Source of the DNA: an uncultured bacterium
GTDB taxonomy: Bacteria; Eisenbacteria; RBG-16-71-46; CAIMUX01
DNA length: 64,000 bases
Assembly: GCA_964636385.1 (NCBI GenBank)
Contig: CAZWSC010000010.1
Location: forward strand, 12,159 to 76,158
Direction of reading: 5' to 3'
Positions 42,872-53,507 of the stretch are shown here, piece by piece. Below the pieces are notes generated by a model. It ran no database searches. It was not told the DNA's origin and was given only the letters and a program-made list of their open reading frames with translations. The position numbers were made by a program, and so were the translations under genes. Each line of letters opens with the position of its first letter. Position 1 is the first letter of the stretch.

Positions 42872-43633
42872 ATGAAAGACCCGCCCCTGCAGACCCTGCT
42901 GGAGTTCGCCGTGGATCTCGCCTGGAAGGCCGGGCGGTTGACACTCGCCTACTTCCAGACGCGTGTGGCTTCGGAGACGAAGCCCGACGACTCCCCCGTG
43001 ACCGCAGCCGACCGGGAAACAGAGCGATTCCTCCGCGAAGAGATCCGGAGACGATTCCCTGACGACGGCATCGTGGGTGAGGAGTTCGGCGTCGACAGCC
43101 CGAACGCGCAACGCCGCTGGATCCTGGACCCGATCGACGGCACCCGTTCATTCATCCGCGGCGTCCCCCTCTACGGCGTTCTGATCGCCGCGGAAACCGA
43201 CGAGGAGACCGAACTCGGCGTGCTCTATTTCCCTGCCCTGGACGAGATCGTCTACGCGGCCAGGGGCCTGGGCTGCTGGTGGAACGGCCGGCGCGCCAAG
43301 GTCTCCGAGGTCGGGAGCCTGGAGGACTCCGGCGTCCTTCTGACCGACGGACAATGGCCCGGAGCCGACGGCTGGGAACAGCTGCGAAACAGAGCCGGAT
43401 GTGTCCGCACCTGGGGCGACTGCTACGGCCACGCCCTTGTCGCCACGGGCCGTGCCGAGGTGATGGTCGATCCTGTGATGTCGGTCTGGGACTCGGCGGC
43501 ACTGAGGCCGGTTATCGAGGAAGCCGGAGGGGTGTTCACCGACTGGGGCGGTAATGCCACGCATCACGGCGGGAGCGCCGTGTCCACGAATCGCGCCCTC
43601 GCCGACGAAGTGAGACAACTGCTGGCGGTGTAA
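42872..43633 (+). CDS. hisN: Inositol monophosphatase-family histidinol-phosphatase
   Basis: K.D.SPVT.AD, GEEFG, WILDPIDGT.SF.RGVP, WGDCYG, WD.AA...EAGG. Confidence 0.8.
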   Translation: MKDPPLQTLLEFAVDLAWKAGRLTLAYFQTRVASETKPDDSPVTAADRETERFLREEIRRRFPDDGIVGEEFGVDSPNAQRRWILDPIDGTRSFIRGVPLYGVLIAAETDEETELGVLYFPALDEIVYAARGLGCWWNGRRAKVSEVGSLEDSGVLLTDGQWPGADGWEQLRNRAGCVRTWGDCYGHALVATGRAEVMVDPVMSVWDSAALRPVIEEAGGVFTDWGGNATHHGGSAVSTNRALADEVRQLLAV

Positions 43634-43688
43634 CCCTACACGCCCGCCATTCCGGCGCACCGGGTGCGGGGCCGCGTAACCGGGCAGA

Positions 43689-44483
43689 TCAGCCCTTCCC
43701 GAGGATCTCCATGACGGCCGGGAGTTCCACCGCGCCCGGCCCCTTCAGGCGGATGTCGGCAATGGGGGAGATGAGGCTGTCCTCAGGGTTCACCTCTATG
43801 ATGCAGGCCCCGGCCTGCCGGGCCTCGTATGGCAACTGGGCCACGGGGAAGACCCGCCCGCTTGTGCCGACCACCAGCATCACGTCACACATGGCCGAAC
43901 GCTCGAAGGCCCTCTGCAGTATCCCGACGGGAAGGCTCTCACCAAACCAGACCACATCAGGCCGTATCAGCCCTTCGCAGACGGCGCACCTCGGCGGTTC
44001 CCAGACAGGCTCTTCAGCGTCGGGCATCTCCCACGGCAGTCCGCAGGAATCGCAACGATACCGGTCGATCCTGCCGTGCAGGTGGAACAGGCTGCTGCTT
44101 CCCGCCTGTTCGTGGAGGTTGTCGATGTTCTGCGTGAAGAGGTCGAAACGTGCCGGCTCGCGGCCCCCCGCTTGAGAGACGCACCACTTCTCGAGAGCGG
44201 CAAGGGCGGTGTGCCCGGGATTCGGCTCCGCTCCGCCGAGCTTGCCGAAGCGCCACATGTACCATAGCCAGACCAGGGCCGGATCGCGCCGGAAGCCCTC
44301 GATGGACGCAAGAACCTCCGGGTCGAAACTCTCCCACAGGCCCGTCTGGGCATCGCGGAAGGTGGGGACACCCGATTCGGCACTCACCCCTGCCCCGGTC
44401 AGGCAGACGATGGCGCGGGCCGGGCGCAGGGCCTCGGCGGCTCTGCGCCTGGACTCCTGAATCTCCTGTGGCCGATGATTCAC
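43689..44483 (-). CDS. cobB: NAD-dependent deacylase (sirtuin class III)
   Basis: TGAGVSAESGVPTFR, TQNIDNLH, HG, CxxC..CxxC, RPDVVWFGE, GTSG. Confidence 0.92.
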   Translation of the reverse strand: MNHRPQEIQESRRRAAEALRPARAIVCLTGAGVSAESGVPTFRDAQTGLWESFDPEVLASIEGFRRDPALVWLWYMWRFGKLGGAEPNPGHTALAALEKWCVSQAGGREPARFDLFTQNIDNLHEQAGSSSLFHLHGRIDRYRCDSCGLPWEMPDAEEPVWEPPRCAVCEGLIRPDVVWFGESLPVGILQRAFERSAMCDVMLVVGTSGRVFPVAQLPYEARQAGACIIEVNPEDSLISPIADIRLKGPGAVELPAVMEILGKG

Positions 44484-44529
44484 CGGAAACCGGCCTCCGT
44501 GTCCCGCCGGCGAGGAGCAACCCGGCGGG

Positions 44530-45153
44530 CTACCATCCCTCCTCTTCCAGGATGCGCACCGCAATCGCCGCAACCTGGGCGCATACTGCAGGCAACTGGC
44601 GCCTGAGGGGGCGGGAGAGATCTTCGCCCTCGTTCATGTCGTGCGGCTCTATTCCGATGAGATCGGTACCGCGAATCGGAAGCTCATCCTCGAGCCAGAG
44701 GGCCAGATGCTGCAGCCCGATCCGCGGCCGGCCGTCGTAGTGCCGGATGCTGGACAGGCGCGTGTCCGGATCCACCTCCAGGTGCCAGTGGTGCACCCTG
44801 CCGGGGGTGCCACTGACCCGGACTGCGTCGATCAGAATGACACGTCTTCGGTCAACGAGGTAGGGGTCCAGCTGCTGCGCGTCGGTGCCTCCCTCGATCC
44901 ACTCCATGATGGGACCACAGGAGCCTGTCTCGGTGGCAATGCCGGACCGTGACTGCGGCGAGCAATCCTCTCCCGAGGCCGGGTCGAATCCACGGAACAT
45001 CTCCATCCGCCGCTTCCTGGCCTGTCCGATCTGGCCCACCAGGGTTCGGACACGGCCCATGACCCGCAAGGCAACGCCGTCGTCCCTGCAGGCCGGGTCC
45101 CCAAGGGCTACGAAGGCGATCGGGGGACGTGGTCTGGGTGTTGTTTCCGGCAT
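44530..45153 (-). CDS. Hydrogenase maturation protease-like protein
   Basis: LGD..RDDGV, EGGT, VILIDAV...PG, LIGIEP. Confidence 0.7.
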   Translation of the reverse strand: MPETTPRPRPPIAFVALGDPACRDDGVALRVMGRVRTLVGQIGQARKRRMEMFRGFDPASGEDCSPQSRSGIATETGSCGPIMEWIEGGTDAQQLDPYLVDRRRVILIDAVRVSGTPGRVHHWHLEVDPDTRLSSIRHYDGRPRIGLQHLALWLEDELPIRGTDLIGIEPHDMNEGEDLSRPLRRQLPAVCAQVAAIAVRILEEEGW

Positions 45154-45225
45154 ATCCCGCTCCTTTCCCACGCACTACTATCGTCACACTGGTTCGGGTC
45201 CTTGACCCCGGCGCCCCCGGACAAC

Positions 45226-46194
45226 TCACCCCCCGGGCACCTGATTCGCTGCCTGGCCCACGAGCCCTTCGGCGAAGAGGGCGGGGTCGAAGTCCACCAG
45301 GTCCTCCGCCTTCTCACCCACACCAGCGTACCGGACCGGTATCTGCATCTCGTGCGCTATGGCCAGGACGACGCCCCCCCTGCTGGTTCCATCCAGCTTG
45401 GCCAGAAGGATCCCGTCCACCGGTATCGCCTCGGAGAAGAGCCGTGCCTGGGAAAGGGCGTTCTGGCCGATCGTGGCATCGAGGACCAGGATCGTCTCGT
45501 GCGGCGCCCCGGGCAGGGCCTTGTCGCAGACCCGGTGGATCTTCTTCAGCTCTTCCATCAGGTTTCCCTTGGTCTGCAGGCGTCCTGCGGTGTCGATCAG
45601 CACGGTATCCGAGCTACGGGAGATCGCAGCGCGGATCCCGTCGAATGCGACAGCCCCGGGATCGGCGCCGGTCTGGCTTCTGACGACCTCCACGCCCAGT
45701 CTCTTCGCCCAGACCTCCAGCTGCTCGCTGGCAGCTGCACGGAAGGTGTCCGAGGCCACGATAAGGGGAACCCGCCCCTCCTCCTGCTCCCTGCGGGCAA
45801 GCTTGGCCAGCGAGGTGGTCTTGCCGACCCCGTTGACCCCGGCAACAAGGACCACCCTGGGCTCGCCCGGCCTGGGCATCCGCACCGGGGGCGCGCCGCC
45901 ATCCGGCTGCGTCCTTCCCTCCCCCCTCAGGATCTCCTCGACTATGGTGCGCAGGACGGGGCGGATCGCGCCGGGATCCGAGATCCCCTCCTCGCGCAAC
46001 CGCTTCCGCAGGGATTCGAGCAGGTGGGCGCTCGTGGCTGGCCCGACATCCCCTGCCAGCAGGATCCCTTCCAGGTCCTCGAAGAAGTCGTCATCGATCT
46101 CCCTGTACTGGGTGATGATCTCCTGGATCTGTTCGGAAACGGCCTCCCGCGTTTTGCGGAACCCATCGGTGATCTTCCTGAAAAAGGACTTCAT
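45226..46194 (-). CDS. ftsY: SRP receptor FtsY
   Basis: GVNGVGKTT, DTFRAAA, DTAGR, DATIGQN, KLDGTSRGG, GVGE. Confidence 0.97.
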   Translation of the reverse strand: MKSFFRKITDGFRKTREAVSEQIQEIITQYREIDDDFFEDLEGILLAGDVGPATSAHLLESLRKRLREEGISDPGAIRPVLRTIVEEILRGEGRTQPDGGAPPVRMPRPGEPRVVLVAGVNGVGKTTSLAKLARREQEEGRVPLIVASDTFRAAASEQLEVWAKRLGVEVVRSQTGADPGAVAFDGIRAAISRSSDTVLIDTAGRLQTKGNLMEELKKIHRVCDKALPGAPHETILVLDATIGQNALSQARLFSEAIPVDGILLAKLDGTSRGGVVLAIAHEMQIPVRYAGVGEKAEDLVDFDPALFAEGLVGQAANQVPGG

Positions 46195-46198
46195 GCGC

Positions 46199-46993
46199 TC
46201 ATTCTCCCCCGATCGATACTACCTCGCCGCTGATCACGGACCTCCTGCCTGAAGGCGTCTCCAGGATCAGCTCCCCCAGCTCCCCCAGGTCGACGGCCAC
46301 TCCCTCGACCTCTCCTCCCGCACCCTGAATGCGCACCCGCCGGTCCCGCAGCATGAACCTGCGCAGGAGGCCTTCGCGCAGAAATCCCAGGTCGCCGCGG
46401 CGGAACCTATCGTATGCCTGCGTCAGTCCCTGGTTGAACGCCCCCGCGACGCTGCGGACATCCGGCACCGGCGAGAACCCTTCGATCCTGAGCGAACTCG
46501 CCTTTCCCCGCAGCTCCGGAGGGAAGGAGTCCCGCTCCGATGTGGTGTTCAGCCCCAGCCCGATGACTACAGCACTGTCCGCCGTCTCCGCCAGGATCCC
46601 GCCCAGCTTGCCGTACCGGCCGAAGATGTCATTCGGCCACTTGATCCAGGCCATCCAGGGGGGCTCTTCGCCCCGGCTGTCACCATCCCAAAGCGACTCG
46701 AGCGCCGCTGCTGCCGACAGCGCGGTCAGCGGAGTCAGCGCCGGCCAGGTCGGCTGGTCGGCAGCCGGCCTGAGCAGGAAGCTCATCCAGAGGCCCATCC
46801 CCGCCGGAGAGTGCCACGTACGGTCGCCCCGTCCCCTGCCCGCGGTCTGCTCGCCGGCAAGCACGCTGGTACCCTCCGGCGCACCCTCGAGCGCCAGCTC
46901 CTTCACGATCTCCTGCGTCGACCCGCAGGATGCCGGCGGCGGCACAGAGTCGAGGTCCAGCAGAAGCGGGCTCTTGCCTTGAGTGCCGGGCAT
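46199..46993 (-). CDS. birA: Biotin-protein ligase (no HTH)
   Basis: QTAGRGR..R.W.SP, IKWPND, KLGGILAE, GLGLN. Confidence 0.93.
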   Translation of the reverse strand: MPGTQGKSPLLLDLDSVPPPASCGSTQEIVKELALEGAPEGTSVLAGEQTAGRGRGDRTWHSPAGMGLWMSFLLRPAADQPTWPALTPLTALSAAAALESLWDGDSRGEEPPWMAWIKWPNDIFGRYGKLGGILAETADSAVVIGLGLNTTSERDSFPPELRGKASSLRIEGFSPVPDVRSVAGAFNQGLTQAYDRFRRGDLGFLREGLLRRFMLRDRRVRIQGAGGEVEGVAVDLGELGELILETPSGRRSVISGEVVSIGGE

Positions 46994-46995
46994 CT

Positions 46996-47907
46996 TCAGA
47001 TGACCGGTCCGGGATGCAGATCCATGGAGATGTCCAGGGCGGGGGCGGAGTGTGTCAGGGCTCCTACGGAGATCAGGTCGACCCCGGGAACTGCCTTCTC
47101 CCGGATCGTCCCGAGGCTGATTCCGCCCGAAACCTCGATCGTGCAGGCCGGCAGTCCGCGGCTGGACTCGACTGAGCGAACCGCCTCCACCGATCGAAGG
47201 ATCTCCGCAGGTGTCATGTTGTCCAGGAGCACCTGGTCCACCTTCAGGTCGGCAGCCTCGGCAGCCTCTTCGGCGTTGCGCACCTCCACGGTCAGGTGCA
47301 GGCGGCTGCCGGAGAGGCGCACCCTGTGGACCGCCTCCGATATCCCGCCTGCAGCGGCGATGTGGTTCTCCTTGATCATCATCGCGTCATAGAGGCCGAT
47401 CCTGTGGTTGACGCCCCCTCCGTGCCTCACCGCCGCCTTCTCCAGGAAGCGCATCCCGGGGGTGGTCTTGCGCGTGTCTGCGACAGCGATTCCTGTGCCG
47501 GCAAGCGCCTCCACGTACCGGGCGGTGACCGTCGCCACACCGGACATGCGCTGGAGGAAGTTCAGGAGTGTCCTCTCCATGGCCAGGATCGGCCGGGCAG
47601 GTCCGAAGAGCCCTGCTATCCGGTCGCCGGCTGACAGGCGGTCTCCGTCCTGCATGCGAGCCTCGAACGCCACCTCGCTCTGTACAACCCGCGCCACCTC
47701 TGCGGCGGCCGCCATGCCGGACAGGATCCCCGCCTCCTTCGCGATTACCCACGCCTCCGCCTCGGCATCCCCGTCGACAACCGCAAGCGTCGTGGCATCG
47801 CCCGGCCCGATATCCTCGATCAGCGCCAGCCTGACTATCGCCGCAATCGCAGCGGCCTCCTTCTCTTCGGGAGGCCTGCCAGCCCTCGGCATCCTTAGCT
47901 GCGTCAC
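46996..47907 (-). CDS. nadC: Quinolinate phosphoribosyltransferase
   Basis: ED...[46 protein letters not shown]. Confidence 0.96.
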   Translation of the reverse strand: MTQLRMPRAGRPPEEKEAAAIAAIVRLALIEDIGPGDATTLAVVDGDAEAEAWVIAKEAGILSGMAAAAEVARVVQSEVAFEARMQDGDRLSAGDRIAGLFGPARPILAMERTLLNFLQRMSGVATVTARYVEALAGTGIAVADTRKTTPGMRFLEKAAVRHGGGVNHRIGLYDAMMIKENHIAAAGGISEAVHRVRLSGSRLHLTVEVRNAEEAAEAADLKVDQVLLDNMTPAEILRSVEAVRSVESSRGLPACTIEVSGGISLGTIREKAVPGVDLISVGALTHSAPALDISMDLHPGPVI

Positions 47908-49901
47908 GGCCGCGTCTCCCCCTGCACTTCGCCCTGGATCTCCAGGATCCTGTCGCGGATCGAGGCCGCGCGCTCGTACTCGAGCGCGTCTGCGGCATCC
48001 TTCATCTCCCGGATCAGCATCTGCACGTACTCCTCCCTGCTGAGCCCGCCCGGATCCTCAGGCACCTGCACCGCCGGCTCGTCCTTCCGGCGGATGGCGT
48101 CTGCGACGGAGGTGGACTGAAGGATCTCCTCCACCGACTTGTAGATCGTCTGCGGCACGATGCCGTGCTCGGCGTTGTAGGCGAGCTGCCTCTCCCGCCT
48201 GCGGTCCATCTCGGCAAGGGCCCGCTCCATGCTCCCCGTCACCCTGTCGGCATAGAGAAGCACGAAGCCCATGGCGTTGCGCGCCGCCCTGCCCGCGGTC
48301 TGTATAAGGCTTCTGTCGCTGCGGAGGAATCCCTCCTTGTCGGCGTCCAGTATCGCCACGAGCGACACCTCGGGAAGGTCCAGCCCCTCGCGGAGAAGGT
48401 TGATCCCGACCAGGACATCGAAGCTGCCGAGGCGAAGACCCCGCAGTATCTCCATCCGCTCGATGGCGTCGACATCCGAGTGTATGTACCTGACCCGCAG
48501 GCCGCCTTCGATGAGGTAGTCGGTCAGGTCCTCGGCCATCCTCTTGGTCAGGGTTGTGACGAGCGTGCGCTCTCCGCGCCCGACGCGCAGGCGGATCTCC
48601 TCCATCAGGTCGTCTATCTGCCCCTCCGTCGGGCGGACCTCCATCTGCGGATCCACGAGCCCGGTCGGCCGGATCACCTGCTCGACTATCACGCCTTCGC
48701 TCTTCGCGAGCTCGAACCCGGCCGGGGTCGCGGAGACGTATATCACCTGGTTCAGCATCGACTCGAACTCGTTGAAGCGCAGGGGGCGGTTGTCCAGCGC
48801 GGACGGAAGGCGGAAGCCGAAGTCCACGAGGTTCTGCTTCCGCGACTGGTCGCCTGCGTACATCCCCCCGACCTGCGGGATCGTGACATGGCTCTCGTCC
48901 AGGATCATCAGGTAGTCGGAGGGGAAGTAGTCGAGGAGGCAGGCAGGCCTCTCACCGGGCTCCCTGCCTGCGAGGTGACGCGAGTAGTTCTCGATCCCCG
49001 GACAGAAGCCGGCCTCGCGGAGCATCTCCATGTCGTACTTCGTGCGCATCCTGAGCCGCTGCGCCTCGAGGAGCTTCTCCTGAGCCTTCAACTCAGCCAG
49101 TCGCTCCTCCAGCTCGGCCTCGATTCCCACCAGCGCGCCGGCGAGACGTTGCGCGGGCGTGGAGAAGTGCGTGGTCGGGAAGGCGACCATCGCCTCCTGC
49201 TCGCGCCTGACCTGCATCGTGACCGGATCGATGGCCGTGATCCGCTCGATCTCGTCCCCCCACAGCTCCACGCGGAACGGCTCGTCCGAGTGCGAAGGGA
49301 AGATCTCCAGAACGTCGCCGCGGGCGCGGAACACGCCGCGCTTGAACTCGATGTCGTTGCGCTGGTACTGGATCGACACCAGCATGTCCATGATGGATTC
49401 GCGCGATCGCTCCTCCCCCACCTGCAGTCTCAGCATCTGCCTGCGGAAGTCCTCCGGAGAGCCCAGGCCGTAGATGCACGAGACCGACGCGACTATGACC
49501 ACATCCCGCCTCGAGAGCAGATGGCTGGTCGCCTCGAGTCGCAGCCGGTCGATGTTCTCGTTGATCGATGCATCCTTCTCGATGTAGGTGTCGGTCTGCG
49601 GCACGTATGCCTCGGGCTGGTAGTAATCGTAGTACGAGACGAAGTAGCCGACCGCGTTGTTGGGGAAGAAGCTGCAGAACTCCCCGTACAGCTGCGCCGC
49701 CAGCGTCTTGTTGTGGGACAGGACGAGGGTCGGGCGGTTCGAGGCGGCAATGACGTTGGCAAGGGTGAAGGTCTTGCCGCTGCCTGTGACGCCGAGGAGG
49801 ACCTGGTGTTTGTCCCCCCGCTCGATGCCCGCCGCAAGCTCGCTTATCGCCCGGGGCTGGTCGCCGGTCGGCTGATATCTGGAAACGAGTTCGAACTTCA
49901 T
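47904..49901 (-). CDS. uvrB: Excinuclease ABC subunit B
   Basis: [45 protein letters not shown] domain. Confidence 0.99.
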   Translation of the reverse strand: MKFELVSRYQPTGDQPRAISELAAGIERGDKHQVLLGVTGSGKTFTLANVIAASNRPTLVLSHNKTLAAQLYGEFCSFFPNNAVGYFVSYYDYYQPEAYVPQTDTYIEKDASINENIDRLRLEATSHLLSRRDVVIVASVSCIYGLGSPEDFRRQMLRLQVGEERSRESIMDMLVSIQYQRNDIEFKRGVFRARGDVLEIFPSHSDEPFRVELWGDEIERITAIDPVTMQVRREQEAMVAFPTTHFSTPAQRLAGALVGIEAELEERLAELKAQEKLLEAQRLRMRTKYDMEMLREAGFCPGIENYSRHLAGREPGERPACLLDYFPSDYLMILDESHVTIPQVGGMYAGDQSRKQNLVDFGFRLPSALDNRPLRFNEFESMLNQVIYVSATPAGFELAKSEGVIVEQVIRPTGLVDPQMEVRPTEGQIDDLMEEIRLRVGRGERTLVTTLTKRMAEDLTDYLIEGGLRVRYIHSDVDAIERMEILRGLRLGSFDVLVGINLLREGLDLPEVSLVAILDADKEGFLRSDRSLIQTAGRAARNAMGFVLLYADRVTGSMERALAEMDRRRERQLAYNAEHGIVPQTIYKSVEEILQSTSVADAIRRKDEPAVQVPEDPGGLSREEYVQMLIREMKDAADALEYERAASIRDRILEIQGEVQGETRP

Positions 49902-49955
49902 GGAACGCGCATGATAGCACAGGCGGTACCACGGCGCGGCGAGCGGCTGATGCCG

Positions 49956-51221
49956 TCAGCGCACGTCAGCGGCCGGCCCGGCGGCCCCCTGCGTCTCCCT
50001 GCGCGGCCATGGTGCGACACGCAGGAGCAGCAGAAGCCCCGGCGCCGCCGCAAGGGCGCACAGGATGAAGAAGACCTCCCACCCGGCAGCCTTCACCAGG
50101 AACCCCGTGGGGGCTGAGGCAAGGACGCGGGGCACCCCCATGAGGCTGCTCAGGAGGGCGTACTGGGTTGCTGTGAAGCGCCTGTTCGTGATCGACGCCA
50201 TGAACGCGGCGTAGGCGGCCGTGCCCATCCCGGAAGTTGCGTTCTCGAAGGCAATGACCGCGGAAAGGGCCGGGAGGCTGGGGCCGATCCGGGCGAGCAC
50301 GGCAAACCCCGCCGTCGAAACCGACTGGAGAAGGCCGAAGATCCAGAGGCTGCGGGCGATTCCGAGACGAATCATCAGGATCCCGCCCAGGAGGCCGCCG
50401 CCCAGGGTCGCCCAGAATCCGAGCATGTTGGCGACCGCACCGACCTGGGTCATGCTGAACCCGATCTCCAGGTAGAACGGCGTCGTCATGGCCGCCGCCA
50501 TCGTATCCCCGATCTTGTACAGCAGTATGAAGGCCAGGATGAGGACCGCGCCGCTTCTCCGGAAGTACTCCGCAAGCGGATCCACCACCGCCTCCCTGAG
50601 GGTGCGGGGCGGCGACTCGCTCACCCCCGGCTCTCTCGCAAGCAGGGTGGTCAGGATCCCGGGCAGAAGGCAGAGGGCGAGCAGGAGGTACACCTTCGAA
50701 AACGGCATGCGGTCGGCCAGGATGAAACCGCCCCCTGAAGCAAGCAGCATCCCTATCCGGTATCCGTTGATGTATAGCGAGGACCCCAGACCGAGTTCCG
50801 CGTCCGTCAGATCCTCCCTTCGGTAGGCGTCGATCACGATGTCCTGCGTGGCGCTGAAGAAGGTGACGAACAGCGCCGCAACGGCAAGACGCTGCGCCCC
50901 TCCCGCAGGATCGATGAACCCGAGCAGGATGATCGACGCCATCAGCAGGATCTGCGCGATCAGGAGCCAGCCGCGCCGGCGCCCCAGGAAGGGCGGGACA
51001 TAGCGGTCCAGGAGCGGCGCCCAGAGGAACTTCAGCGTGTAGGGAAGCCCGACCATCGACATCAGGCCGATGACCGTAAGGTCCATCCCCTCTTCCTTCA
51101 TCCACGCCTGCAGAAGCGAGATCGTGAGGAGAAGGGGCAGGCCGGACGAGAAGCCCATTATGAGTGCGACGAGCATCCTTGGGCTTGCCGCCAGCCGGAT
51201 GGTCGGTTTTCGCATGGTCAC
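49956..51221 (-). CDS. ampG: AmpG-family muropeptide MFS permease
   Basis: GFSSGLP, KFLWAP..D, GRRRGW, SATQDIVIDAYR, TATQYALLSS. Confidence 0.92.
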   Translation of the reverse strand: MTMRKPTIRLAASPRMLVALIMGFSSGLPLLLTISLLQAWMKEEGMDLTVIGLMSMVGLPYTLKFLWAPLLDRYVPPFLGRRRGWLLIAQILLMASIILLGFIDPAGGAQRLAVAALFVTFFSATQDIVIDAYRREDLTDAELGLGSSLYINGYRIGMLLASGGGFILADRMPFSKVYLLLALCLLPGILTTLLAREPGVSESPPRTLREAVVDPLAEYFRRSGAVLILAFILLYKIGDTMAAAMTTPFYLEIGFSMTQVGAVANMLGFWATLGGGLLGGILMIRLGIARSLWIFGLLQSVSTAGFAVLARIGPSLPALSAVIAFENATSGMGTAAYAAFMASITNRRFTATQYALLSSLMGVPRVLASAPTGFLVKAAGWEVFFILCALAAAPGLLLLLRVAPWPRRETQGAAGPAADVR

Positions 51222-51294
51222 CCTTCCACCCTTTCCCGCACCGGTGCCGCGCCGCGCTTGACATGATCGCCGGCGGAGTTCAACCTACAGTGCC

Positions 51295-51840
51295 ATGAAC
51301 CAACACACCAATCCAAACCGCGCCACGCCTGCCCGGGCGCAGGCCGGGCGCCGGGTCCGGGGCCTTGTCCTGGCGGCGGGTCTTCTCCTTGCGTCGGGCC
51401 TGGCCGGATGCGGAAGGGGTCCCAGCCTGGATGCGACACCTCCGAGCACCATCGGGCCTCTGCAGCAGATGACCATCCTCAGGGCGGCGGAAGCCGTCGA
51501 GGCTGTCGAGAACACCTTTGCGATCACGGCGCGGGCCTCGGACGCGTGGATCTCCACCTACGGTGACGGGGACCGGATCGAGATCTACGCCCTGGGAATG
51601 AGCGATGAAGCTGCGACAGAGCCCGTGGTCTCGGCGCTGCGCTCCATGACGGGGCGGGAGGGTTCGCCATACAGGGCCTCGGCTACGCTTACGGTCGCAC
51701 AGCAGGAGGGGTATAGAGCCGACGGCGATGGAAAGGTCCTGTTCTTCTACGCCCGCGGAAGGTGGGTTGTGCTGATCAGGGCAATGGCGGCCGACCTGGA
51801 TCCGGCAGTCGTTTCCATCAACTGGGTCCGGCCGGCCTGA
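51295..51840 (+). CDS. Hypothetical lipoprotein
   Basis: Lipobox LAGC; TTGACA at 51258 upstream. Confidence 0.65.
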   Translation: MNQHTNPNRATPARAQAGRRVRGLVLAAGLLLASGLAGCGRGPSLDATPPSTIGPLQQMTILRAAEAVEAVENTFAITARASDAWISTYGDGDRIEIYALGMSDEAATEPVVSALRSMTGREGSPYRASATLTVAQQEGYRADGDGKVLFFYARGRWVVLIRAMAADLDPAVVSINWVRPA

Positions 51841-51967
51841 CCTGCGCTGCTCGTGAGGGCTCTCAGGCGACACCGGGAGCGCGCGCGAACCCTGCGTTGC
51901 GGCCACTCCCGCGTGTAGTACCGGACCCGGCTGCAGTCAGGGCGCTGCAGCCGGGCCTGGGTGTGCA

Positions 51968-53374
51968 TCAGGAGCGGATCCGGACCTTGTAGGTCAGCAC
52001 GACCTCCTTGTCGGGCTCCACGTTCACGCGGAACTCCGCGGTGCGGGCATCCTTGCGGGTGTGCTCGTGGGTCGACTCCAGGATCCTCCAGTCTCCGTGG
52101 ATGGTCTCCATCGCAACCACCTCCACTGGGTCCTTCTCCTTCCTGTTGCGGATCTTGATCTCCACTGTCCGTTCGAAGACACGGTCCGAGATCCGGTCGA
52201 CCCGGAGCTCATTGCGCTCGCCGACCACGTCGAAGGCGGTGCCAACACCCAGGCGCACCTTTTCGTTCCTCGGAGTGTGGTCGATCCGGTCCTCTCCCAC
52301 GAACTGAAGATCACCGCGCGAGTCCTTCTTGTAGACGCGGACCTTCCCGCCCGGCAGCGGCATTCCGAGGCCGCGCTCCTTGCGGTTTTCGGTCTCCAGT
52401 ATCACCCGGACCCGCCTGGGATCCCTCTGCCCGGCGTACTCATAGATCTTGACGACAGGCGTTGTCGCGGTCGGGAAGAGGGAGATCTGCTTGGTCTCAC
52501 GGTCGGAGAGGGTGGTCGGGCGGTCCAGGGTGTACAGGTGGTACTCGAAGAATGACTCCTCCTCGAACCCCTTGGAGGGAGACATCGCCATCTCCATTGC
52601 CATCATCCTGTCCGGGCGCATGCGGGGGTCGGGCGTTATCCGCTGGACCTCCCCTGCGATGAGCTGGAGCCTGGCGTCGGGAAAGGTCGCGCCGGACCGG
52701 TTCTCCAGGGAGACCCACGCGGAGAGATCCATCGACGTGTCGTCCTGGTTCGTCACCGCGACATACTCCGCGTGCCATGTCATCCCGCCGGTAAGGTAGG
52801 AGAGTTCGACAGGCATCCTGCCGCCGCCCTTCGACTGAAGATCCCAGACCAGGGTCGGCCGTGTCCGCAGCCCCTCCGGCAGGGTGGGGAAGCGCATGTC
52901 CACGATCTGTCCCCGGTTGACCAGGGAGATCGCGCCATCCTCGTTCTGAAGGACCATGCTGCCTCCATCGTAGGAAAGCAGCCGGCCGGACTTCACGTCG
53001 CCCTCCTTCAGCACCGCTTCCACCGGCAGATCGAGGTAGCGCTGGAGGATCCTGTCGGGGCCTGCAAGATCGTACTGGTAGTTCTGTTCGAGGACCTGCA
53101 GATCCCCCCGAACAGCCTTCAGGTGAACCGAGGTGGGGTCGATCTGCGAGGGTACATCCACGATCTCAACAACGCCCCGGCCGTCGGGAACATCCACCGG
53201 ACGCTGATCGCTCACGAGGGCAAGATCGGTGTTGTACACGGTTATGCGCAGCTTGCGCTCCTCGGCCACGGCTTCACCGGTCGTGAACGCTGCCGCAAAT
53301 GTGAAGGCCATTCCGATGATCGAGGCGAAGCCGGCAACGCGGCCTAACAGGCAGGTCGATTCGAGGTACATCAT
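51968..53374 (-). CDS. DUF4139 domain protein
   Basis: TVYN...ALV, EQNYQYDL, LSYLTGG..W.A.Y, EYHLY, LG.PLP.G..RVY, IDHTP. Confidence 0.85.
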   Translation of the reverse strand: MMYLESTCLLGRVAGFASIIGMAFTFAAAFTTGEAVAEERKLRITVYNTDLALVSDQRPVDVPDGRGVVEIVDVPSQIDPTSVHLKAVRGDLQVLEQNYQYDLAGPDRILQRYLDLPVEAVLKEGDVKSGRLLSYDGGSMVLQNEDGAISLVNRGQIVDMRFPTLPEGLRTRPTLVWDLQSKGGGRMPVELSYLTGGMTWHAEYVAVTNQDDTSMDLSAWVSLENRSGATFPDARLQLIAGEVQRITPDPRMRPDRMMAMEMAMSPSKGFEEESFFEYHLYTLDRPTTLSDRETKQISLFPTATTPVVKIYEYAGQRDPRRVRVILETENRKERGLGMPLPGGKVRVYKKDSRGDLQFVGEDRIDHTPRNEKVRLGVGTAFDVVGERNELRVDRISDRVFERTVEIKIRNRKEKDPVEVVAMETIHGDWRILESTHEHTRKDARTAEFRVNVEPDKEVVLTYKVRIRS

Positions 53375-53507
53375 TGAGATCCTCCTATCGAGAAATCGGC
53401 TGTCGAGGCAGGGGCACCGGCCTGTTACCCCGGACTGCATCGATCCATTCCATCCCTGAACAGAACAACTCACGAATCCTCTGCTGCGTGACCGGAGAAG
53501 CGCGCGC

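Noticed and set aside
49921-49933. T-box-like sequence AGGCGGTACCACG
   Set aside because: On the + strand between two minus-strand genes, with no stem I or terminator, and not upstream of valS.
48165-50117. Long antisense ORFs (650 aa opposite uvrB; similar ones opposite groEL, glnA, pdxS and vor)
   Set aside because: Shadow ORFs expected from high-GC codon bias; no recognisable motifs.
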